DNA of 33,316 nt. Origin: Stramenopiles sp. TOSAG23-6. Lineage: Eukaryota. Of this stretch, positions 20,333-29,372 are shown piece after piece. The stretch is from the NCBI GenBank assembly GCA_900128565.1, contig LT635955.1, forward strand, positions 1 to 33,316. The letters run 5' to 3'. Below the pieces are notes generated by a model. The model was not told the origin of the DNA and made no database searches. It was given only the letters and a program-made list of their open reading frames with translations. Numbering within the stretch: the stretch's first letter is position 1; every line of letters starts with the position of its first letter. The position numbers and the translations under genes were made by a program.

Positions 20333-23300
20333 ATGGATGCTGATGCACATATAGCAATGAAAGAATATAGGGGTGATGATTTGGATTCCGACTCGGATTC
20401 TGATGACGCTGTGGACGAATCGATGGCTGTGGACGAATCGATGGCTTTGGACGAATCGATGGCTTTGGACGAATCGATGGCTTTGGACGAAGACGGGTCA
20501 AGCACTATTGCTGTAGGTGGTTTTACAACTTCTACCGATGAATTTGAAGAGCCACCAAAAGAAGAATCTAAAGGTTCAAACGAAGAGTATGGTATCGATG
20601 ATGATCTCGACGACTCTGATAGCGAGTCTTCCATAGCTGAATCCTCAGATTCCTCTTCTGAGAGTGAATCTGACGATCCTGCTACTGCTGTAACGCTAGG
20701 TTGGCGACAGAGCTCTCGTTCTCGCGGAGGGAGCAAAGTATCATACGCAGAAGTGAATGAAAATGGGAAGAAGATTAAGAAAAAGTGGCGAACGAAGAAA
20801 AAGTTAACGAAAGCAGATCGTCGGCGAATAGAACAAAGAAAATCTCTTCCAAAGAAACAACAAATTCTGATTCCTCCACCTGGCGCAAAGATTCCTTTAG
20901 CAATTGAGCGTATTCTTGGACGTCGAGAATACCACCCAGATAGTTCGCCATCTTCAACACGCCATGCAATGACGTCTTCTCCTACTCATTCTCACTCTCC
21001 GCGTAAACATTTTGGATCTGTCCCTCGAGAGCAATATTTGGTAAAATGGAAAAAACGCAGTTATATACATGCAACCTGGGAAGATGTTGACGTCCTCCTA
21101 TCTTGGCATCCAAAAGGTCCATCTAAAATGAAGCAATTGATCCAAATTTTCTTGAAGCGTCAAGAGCGTGATCGTTGGAGTGGTGCTGTTATCGAAGAAA
21201 ATAATTTTCCGCAAGAGTACATTGAACCTGAGAAACTTCTTGAGTGGAAAGATTTTACACCAGCAGCTTCAGAAAGTTCATCAGCTGTGGGTAAAACGTC
21301 CGATGTAAATGATAAAGAAAAGAACACTACGACATTAGAAATAACTATTCCTAAAGCTGCTGCGCTAGATCCAAATCGTAGCACTATGTATGTTTTATTT
21401 TTTTTTNAANTCGANTTTTTTTTCGTACNAANTTTTGTACCTAACAAAAAAAAAATGAAATATTTTTCCAAAACACATTGAAGAGGAATCACGACATCGA
21501 AGGCGACTTTACTTTGGTTCGAATGAACCTAAAGGACGTTGGTTTCTTGTGAAATGGCATGGTCTTCAACATGAGGAATGTACGTTTTTATTTGAATTTA
21601 AAAATTATTTTTCCTACCTTAAAAATTCAATTGTAGAAATATATTTTTAACTCTATTTTTTTCTACAATATTTTTTTACTATACATCAACGTGGGAGTCA
21701 GAGGCCAATTTAGTTCACACAGGAAGTTTTAAAACTGCATTAAACATATGGAAAACTCATCAAAGTGTTATTCAGTATAAGAAAGCACCACCTCGTCCAT
21801 CTGCCACCAGTTTCGTTAAAATGAATGAGTCACCGGTATACTCTACACGGAATGGTGTTGGTGGTAAAAAAATTCAATTAAAACTTCGCGATTATCAGCT
21901 CACAGGTGTTAATTGGTTGCTCTTTAATTGGTATAATCGTCGAGGGTCAATATTAGCAGATGAAATGTATGNTTTTTTTTTTTTTGTGTGATTTTTTTTT
22001 CGTACGAAATTTTGTACCTAACATTTTTTTAGATTTGTTTTTGAAATATTTTTCACAAGACATGGGGTTAGGTAAGACTATTCAAACAATTGCGTTTCTT
22101 CGTGCTCTTAGCTCTGGGAGAGATAGTCAAGTTCGAGGACCTTTTCTAATTGTTGGCCCATTATCATGTATTAATCAATGGTATCGTGAGGTATCAGAGT
22201 GGTGGTCAGAAGCGAACATTATTTTCTATCATGGTAACGCTGCATCACGTCGCGTCATCCAAGAATATGAATGGTGGAAACGGGAGAAGACTGGTGTAAA
22301 TACTCCGGAATATAACTTTCAAGTAGTTGTAACTACATATGAAATGTGTACAATGGATTCGACCTTTTTGAGACGGGTTCCTTGGCAATGTGTTGTAGTT
22401 GACGAAGCTCACCGTTTAAAGAACCCTAATTCCAAATTAGCTCTGGAGCTTAGTCAATATCATCGAGAACATGTTGTTTTGTTAACTGGGACTCCATTGC
22501 AAAATAATATGAGTGAATTATGGGCTTTATTACATTTCACTGATGCATCGAAATTTCCCAGTCTTGACAAATTTTTAGATAATTTTGGCAATTTGAAAAA
22601 TAAAGGGCACAAAGCTGTCTCGCAGCTCCATGAAGTGCTCCGGCCATTTCTTTTACGGCGTTTGAAAGAAAATGTAGAAAAAAATCTTCCGCCAAAGGAA
22701 GAGACTATTGTTGAAGTACCTCTTATGCCATTACAAAAACAGTATTATCGTGCTATTTATGAACGTAATACGGATTTTCTATATAAAGGCGCTACTGCGG
22801 CGAATGGACCATCATTGATGAATGTTGTTATGGAATTACGTAAATGTTGTAATCATCCATATCTTATTCGAGGTGCAGAAGAATGGTTATCCTCGGGTAT
22901 TGATCTGAATGATTCAAAGGCTATATTTAATAGATTGGTTGAAGTATCTGGAAAAGTTGTATTACTGGATAAATTGCTTCCCAAACTTAAGGCTGGTGGT
23001 CATAAAGTTTTAATATTTTCACAAATGGTGCGCATGCTGAATATTTTAGCTGATTGGACAAAACATAAAGGTTTTGATACGGAGCGGATCGACGGTAGTA
23101 TACGTGGTAGTGAACGTCAAAATTCGATTGATCGGTACATGCAATCTCCTGATTCATTTCTTATGCTTCTTTCTACTCGCGCAGGTGGTGTTGGTATTAA
23201 TTTAACTGCTGCTGATACTGTTATTATTTTTGATAGTGACTGGAATCCACAAAATGATATTCAAGCTATGGCGCGTGCTCATCGAATTGGTCAAACAAAA

Positions 23301-26300
23301 CCTGTCAAAATATATCGGTTGTTAACGGCTAAAACATTTGAAGTTGAAATGTTTGAAAGAGCTTCAATGAAGCTTGGTTTAGATCAAGCTGTTTTGACTA
23401 ATGTTAATGATGGTACAAAAAGTAGTGGTGGTAATAATGGACAACATAAGTTAAGTACATCTGAAGTTGATGGTCTGTTGAAGCGCGGTGCGTACTCAGT
23501 ATTTCAAGATAGCGGCGATCATGCGGAATCCAAAGAGTTCTGTGCTGACGATATTGATGGAATTCTTGCTCGCTCTTCTTACATCAAAAAAGAAGATAAA
23601 GAAACACAAGAAAAACGTAGTCAAGCGAATAAGTTTTCTACAGCATCGTTTGTATCCTCGACAGCTGGTGATGTCGATATTGATGACCCCGATTTTTGGT
23701 CTAAAACTGCGGGTTTAGCTGGACCAAAAGAAGACGAGACTGTCACCAAATCTAAGGAATTGCTTGATTTAGAAGAATCAGAAGAAGAACAAAGTGATTT
23801 TGAAGAGCTATCTGATGACGAGATTGATTTTTACGACGATAAAGTAGTACCCGGTTCTCGCGACTTTGAGACAAATTTAGCTCTTTGGGGTTATGGAAGA
23901 TGGAATAAGTTTAACGAGAATGGTACTCATTCGGAAGCGAAAGTAAAATCACTCGCTGCGAAAATTATTCAAGAGTATTATAATCTTGCCGATCGAAAAA
24001 TAGATGAATTTGCAATTGATAATAAAAATAGGCCTCTCATGAAACGCATTCGCTCTGTGATCGAATCAGAAGCCAATAAGAGTATTCCTGTATCTAATGA
24101 AAACCCCGACAAAATGGATATTGATAGTCCAAATGAAGCGGTACCTTCTTCTGAGAAACCATCAAAAGTTGCTGTTGATATTTCTGAGTTGCAGTGGATG
24201 CCAGAAACCAAAGTTACTCGTGCCGTTGCTTCATTGCACCGCCAAGAAATGATGTGGCATTTACAACAGATTGTTCGACGTGCTGTACTTAATCAAATTA
24301 GTGATTTACAGAGTGGCTCCGATGTTCTCGAAGAAGCAATACGGGGAATTTCTGATGGAGTTTTAGATGCTACTAAACTTTGTCGTGATTTGCAGAAACT
24401 AGCATGTCCTCGATCTTCAAAAGGTTACAAACAACCTGCATTTTGGTGGGGTAATGAAGAGGATGGAGCTCTTCTTCTTGGAGTATTTTTACATGGTTGG
24501 GGTAAACATACAGAAATTCGTAAGAATAAGTTATTTAGTTTACGACGAAAATATGAAGAGTTGAGATCTGCGACGTCTGTGTTTGGCAATGATGAACCCA
24601 AAATAAGCGAGGAGGAATTATTGGCCAGGAAAATTGCGGAACATGAAGTTGCTATTAAAAAGCAACGTGAAGTCGAGGAAGCTGAATGGGAGTCAATTGA
24701 AACTGCACGGGTTGCTTCGCTCCATGAAAGATTTAGTACAGGTCTCGCTAGTGTTGTTATGTTCAAGGGGAAACCCGTTCGTGTCCGATGTAAGTTAAAT
24801 AACAAGAAACTTAATGTTGACCCAGTACAGTTGTTTACTAAACGAAGCGTTCCTCCTCATGGTTGGCAATGGAAACGAGATAGTTTAAAGAAAATCGTAG
24901 TTAGTAAAACTGTTCCATGGCCTAGTGATGAAACTCTGAATAAATACACGTGTTGGCTTCTTACACGTACGAAACATATTTCTGGAAATTCTCGTGGCCA
25001 AGCGAGACGTGCGCGTAGTGAGAAGCGTCAATTAGATCATTTACGTAATTTAGCTATTCAAAAAGCTATTAATGAAAGTTCCTGGGGTAGGTCAGAAACC
25101 ACTGCATTGATACGCATTCTCTGTCGAGTTGGAGCACCACCTGATTTAGGTAAAGCAAATAAACATGCAGCAAAGGAAATGGAAAATGATGCCACTTCAA
25201 ATGTAGTAAATGTTCCTGACAACAATGAAGTATTAAAAGCTCCATCATTTAGTTGGAAGGCTATCGTAGAAGAGGCCCAGATTTCAGGGAAAACGCATAC
25301 GGATGCTTCGCGATATTTTTATGACGAGTTATTTCCCCATGCGGTAAGTGTAATAGAAGCTAATGTGCCGTTGAATCCACAAGGTTCTTCGACCATAATG
25401 CCCCAGCTTTCACCAACTGATTATTCCGAAAGAGGAGTTAGGATAGCAAAGAAATTTGTCGAGCGCATACGTATCTTACGCGCTTTACGCAAACTCTGTG
25501 GTATGACATCAGATAAAGGAGTTGGAAATTGCGATGATTTAAAAAAAATACTGCTATACGATGCCAATATAGAGGATGTTCCTGTGTGGTGGGTACCTAA
25601 AATTCACGATTTTGCTATGTGGGTACAACTGGCAAATCATGGATTTGAGAAGTCTGCTGGAAAAGGAAAGCGTGCCGAAGTAGTAGATATATACAAGCTT
25701 CAAATGGATAGCGCTTCACCATTTTTCACACCTACACTTGCGGCGCATGTCAAACAAGAATTTGAAAAGGTAAATGGTAAGGATTTTTTTATTAAAGGTT
25801 CTCCAAATTTGACCCCTGAAGCTATTGATGAAAATATTGCGAATTGGTTTTTTAAAGTTGCAACCGAAATGCCGTCTCCTAAAGAAAGTATGAAACGTCT
25901 TCGCCGCCATGTTGGAGTGGATTTAGTTTTGTTGGATGGTAAGGAAGTTCCAACTCTGAAAACTCTCGGTGGTGGTGGTGGTGGTTCTTTTTGCAAGCTG
26001 TGGCGAAAGTTGTCTGGTACTACTGCGAAACAACGAAGAAAAGGCGAGAAGAGACAGAGAAAGTCAGTCAAGGCATGTATTTCATGGATTATTACACAAA
26101 TTGAAAATGCGGAAAAAACGAAATTGAAAGAAGCTAGGGCTGCTCAACGTGCTGCAGACAGAGCCGCAAAACGAGATGAAAAAATAGCCAGGCTTGTAAA
26201 AGATAAACTTGACTCTATGATTCGTAAATTGGAAGGCGAAGAGCAAGCGGCACAAAGAAAAATTGTAGCTCAACAAAAAATAGTTTCTTCTGTTCTGTAT

Positions 26301-27470
26301 AGTATCATTCTGCGCGTTGAAAAATTGGAACGGGCCGATAAGAGGGCGAAAGATCGTGAGTTTTTACGCAATGCTAAAGCACACGAGAGAGAAAAAATAA
26401 ATTTGATCAATGCTCAAATTCGAGCACATCGTAGCATGATGAATAAAAAAAGAAAGAAGAAAGGACCACGCGGGAAGGTTTCTCTTCATGGTCTCATCAC
26501 AGCGGGCCTTCTTGTACCTGGAACTGGCGTCTTTTATATTGATTACCGGGATAAACAGTTTAGAGCTTCTTTAGCAGAAGATGGCACTTTGATCGATGAT
26601 GAAACAGGCGAAAAGTTTCTTACTCCTTCCGGTTGGAGTATTAAAGCGAAACGTCGTCTCATGCCTTCAAAACAAGCAGATGATGGCTGGAAGAGTGTTA
26701 AATATGAAGGTTCTGCTTTGGAACTTGTGAAAAAAGACTATCTCATTAATATTTTAGGACCAATGAATGGCATTCCTCCACCGCCTCCTGAAGAAAGTGT
26801 TTGCGTTGAAGATGAAGAGAGGTTATCAGAGCTTCTTAATTTAAAAGAAACTCTTGAAGCTGAAGCAATTGCGAATAAGGGAAAACCTCGACCTCTCCCA
26901 GCGAATCCTAAAATGACTATAACGTTTTCAAAGAGACCTTCTGGTGGATGGACGGCTGTGCCTTTTAAGAGTGGAAATAAAAAGCGACCAAGAAACGACA
27001 GTCTAGGTGGCTCTGCAAATAAAAAGTCAAAGACTGGAAATGGTATATCAAAATCTCATAGTAATAATACATTTGTATCCGGTCTAGGTCGAAAAAAGAG
27101 AAAGCCGAGTGGCTCCGCCGAAAAGAAGAAGAAAAAGAAAAAGAAGAAAAGAAAGAAGGCTAGTGATGCTAAAATTGACCATTCAATTGCAGTACAACAC
27201 AATTTGGCTTTATGGAAAAAATGGAATAGTCAATTACGCCGATCATCGAAATATGGAAGTACGACTGATGTCATGAATATGCTGGAAAAGTTAAAAAATA
27301 GTAAGGTTGCTTCTTTGTCGGTTCTTTCGGAAGTTGGCATTGGGAAAACTGTTGGAAAGTTGGCTCGCAAGCATGCTGATGAAAGTATTCGCCAGACAAG
27401 TGAACTTTTAGTGAAACGATGGCGTGAAGCTGCTCAAGCTGAGACAAATGGAATTACTGGTGGGATTTAG
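20333..27470 (+). CDS. CHD-family (CHD6-9/Kismet-like) chromatin remodeller. Exons 20333-21387, 21479-21579, 21687-21966, 22064-27470
   Basis: Chromodomain 1 (QYLVKWKKRSYIHATWE), chromodomain 2 (WFLVKWHGLQHEE/STWE), LRDYQLTGVNWLLFNWYNRRGSILADE/MGLGKT, DEAH box, LLSTRAGGVGINL, DSDWNPQNDIQAMARAHRIGQ. C-terminal RAMA and TFIIS-N-like domains. The frame is restored by removing three GT-AT inserts. Confidence 0.93.
20408..20491 (+). repeat. 18-bp coding minisatellite (A(V/L)DESM x about 4.7)
   Basis: gct(g/t)tggacgaatcgatg repeated at 20408, 20426, 20444 and 20462, partial at 20480. Confidence 0.93.
21388..21478 (+). other. Non-canonical GT-AT intron A (91 nt) in CHD gene
   Basis: actAT|GTATG...ttttgTACCTAAC...gaaatatttttccaaaacaCAT|tgaa joins NRST-I-EEESRH in frame with chromodomain 2. 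An in-frame AG exists about 24 nt downstream but would skip two nearer AGs. Confidence 0.8.
21580..21686 (+). other. Non-canonical GT-AT intron B (107 nt) in CHD gene
   Basis: gaggaAT|GTACG...aatatttttttactataCAT|caacgtgg restores chromodomain HEE-S-TWESE. Nearby AG acceptors give TAA (21636), a frameshift (21697) or TAG (21701). Confidence 0.88.
21967..22063 (+). other. Non-canonical GT-AT intron C (97 nt) in CHD gene
   Basis: gatgaaAT|GTATG...tttcgtacgaaattttgTACCTAAC...gaaatatttttcacaagaCAT|ggggttaggtaag restores the invariant ILADE-M-GLGKT. The AGs ending at 22032 and 22059 are out of frame. Confidence 0.93.
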
Positions 27471-27602
27471 TTATATTTCATTTCAGATAAAATTATTTTC
27501 AAGTAATACAGTATTTTTATGGGCTCAATGATAAGTTTATTGTATTATATGTGACGTATATTTTTCTCTGCGCTGTAATCAAAATAGTTAGTAGTGATAT
27601 AT

Positions 27603-29060
27603 TTATGTCATTGTCTTTGTGCTCTTCTGTCGCATCATTTGAAGAAATTCACTGTAGTCAACTTCTGAGTCGTCCCCTCCGACTTCAAGGAGCATTTTTT
27701 GTACCTTTTCATCATCATACTGAACACCTAGAACCTGTTGTAGATCTTCTTTTGAAATGGCACCACTTCCGTCAACGTCAAGTTTTGTGAATGCTTCCTT
27801 GAGCCGTGCTTCATCCATGTACGTTTTTTGGTCTAGACAAGCAGTCACAAATTCAGATAACTCCAATTTGCCATCATTTGTTGCATCTAAACCTTGGAAT
27901 ATTTTATCTACTTCAGCCTCGGTTATTGCACCTGTTTTTGTGATGGCATCTCGAAGTTCATGCATCGTAACAAATCCATCGTAGTTTGTATCCATGGCTA
28001 AGAATTGTGCTTGTATTTCTTGAATCTGACTTGGAGTTAGACTGAAAGCAACAGTTGCAACGGCCATTCTTTTAAATTCATTCAAGTTCTTGAATTTAAT
28101 CATATTTTCACAAATTTCTCTATTTAGTTGAACTTGTGGGTGATCAGCTTGTTCTTTGATGATCCATTTGTGATTCAACGCTTGTCGTGCTGTAAGGCGT
28201 TTTGATGGATCTTTTACTAACAGCTTATTAATAAAGTCTTTCCCATCATCTGAGACTTTTCCCCATACAGGAGAGAACATTGTATATTCACCTATCCTTA
28301 CGTTTGAAATAATCTCAGAATCTGTCTCTCCAGGAAAAGGAGGGTTACCTGATAAAAGCATGTACGTAATCACACCAATTGACCAGAGATCGCACGCGGA
28401 GGTGTATTCGTGGTCAAGGACTTCAGGGGCAATGTAATAGGATGTCCCAACAACAGAAGCCATCTTTGTACTTGACATACATTTTACTCTTTTGGAAAAC
28501 CCAAAATCAATCATTTTTAGAACGCTATCTTCTGCCTTGGTTGCAAATATGAAGTTCTCTAATTTGAGATCTCTGTGAACCATATTTTTGTTGTGAATAT
28601 AATTCAAAGACTGCAGCATCTGTAAAACAACATTTGCTGCAGCAGCCTCATTGAAGCGCGAGTTTTCAGAGTCTAGTAGTCGATCAAATAACTCACCTCC
28701 CGTGCAAAGCTCCATAATCATATACATATTTTGGCCCGTTTCTTCAAATGCTTCGTACAAACGCGCAACATTTGGGTGATCCATTGAAGCAAACAATGTA
28801 ATTTCATCACGTATTTGCTTCAAGCTAGTGGCACTATTCGAACCAATTTTCATTACTTTTAGAGCAAACTTCTGGCCATCGCTTCTACGAGAAACGATCG
28901 AAACTTTACCTGAGACACCTTCTCCCAAGAAATCTGTATTGTCAACTCCAGAATACTTTTTCCGAATTGCAGCGCAGTCACAAATATGATACTTCACAAG
29001 ATTTTCGTGCATTGTTCTGTTTTCATTTGAAATAGCTGCCTTTCCTCCACATATTCCCAT
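27603..29060 (-). CDS. Calcium-dependent protein kinase (CDPK)
   Basis: MGICGG (likely myristoylation/palmitoylation), LGEGVSGKV, HRDLKLENF, DFG, GTSYYIAPEVL, a junction region and four EF-hand-like loops (DTNYDGFVTMHE, DATNDGKLELSE, DVDGSGAISKED, DDSEVDYSE). Intronless. Confidence 0.95.
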   Translation of the reverse strand: MGICGGKAAISNENRTMHENLVKYHICDCAAIRKKYSGVDNTDFLGEGVSGKVSIVSRRSDGQKFALKVMKIGSNSATSLKQIRDEITLFASMDHPNVARLYEAFEETGQNMYMIMELCTGGELFDRLLDSENSRFNEAAAANVVLQMLQSLNYIHNKNMVHRDLKLENFIFATKAEDSVLKMIDFGFSKRVKCMSSTKMASVVGTSYYIAPEVLDHEYTSACDLWSIGVITYMLLSGNPPFPGETDSEIISNVRIGEYTMFSPVWGKVSDDGKDFINKLLVKDPSKRLTARQALNHKWIIKEQADHPQVQLNREICENMIKFKNLNEFKRMAVATVAFSLTPSQIQEIQAQFLAMDTNYDGFVTMHELRDAITKTGAITEAEVDKIFQGLDATNDGKLELSEFVTACLDQKTYMDEARLKEAFTKLDVDGSGAISKEDLQQVLGVQYDDEKVQKMLLEVGGDDSEVDYSEFLQMMRQKSTKTMT

Positions 29061-29372
29061 AATTGGTTGCTTGGATAACGTCAGCAGTTACCGGTGAAAT
29101 TAAGTTTATGATTCGATAGAGGAGTATTTGAAGAAGGGTACCAGTTGACGTTGAACGTCGATCTTCTTGGACGTATGTAAGATCTGAAGATCTTTGATTT
29201 TAAACTGAAAAAAAAACTATTGATTTCGTGTATTCGGAGAAGAGTCCAACCAATTCGTAACTGTTGCTGTTCTAGTATTCTTTCTTTTCCTTCTTGTTTA
29301 GAGCAAGTCAAGAAGTCCTCAATGAGTCATTGCATACACTAATTGTTTCTCCTATTGCATTATCTCAGGGCC

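Noticed and set aside
20115-20354. 79-aa ORF upstream of and overlapping the CHD start
   Set aside because: TTG start, no recognisable homology, and it lies in a divergent promoter region.
21960-22063. ORF-track N-terminus MKCMXFFFL... of the 1836-aa ORF (and similar F/K-rich tails at 21388-21481, 29868-29927, 30281-30395)
   Set aside because: These are translations of the intron-like inserts, not real protein.
20333-27470. CHD and ankyrin genes as frameshifted pseudogenes
   Set aside because: All disruptions coincide with the related inserts. The exons have no other stops or frameshifts and the catalytic motifs are intact.
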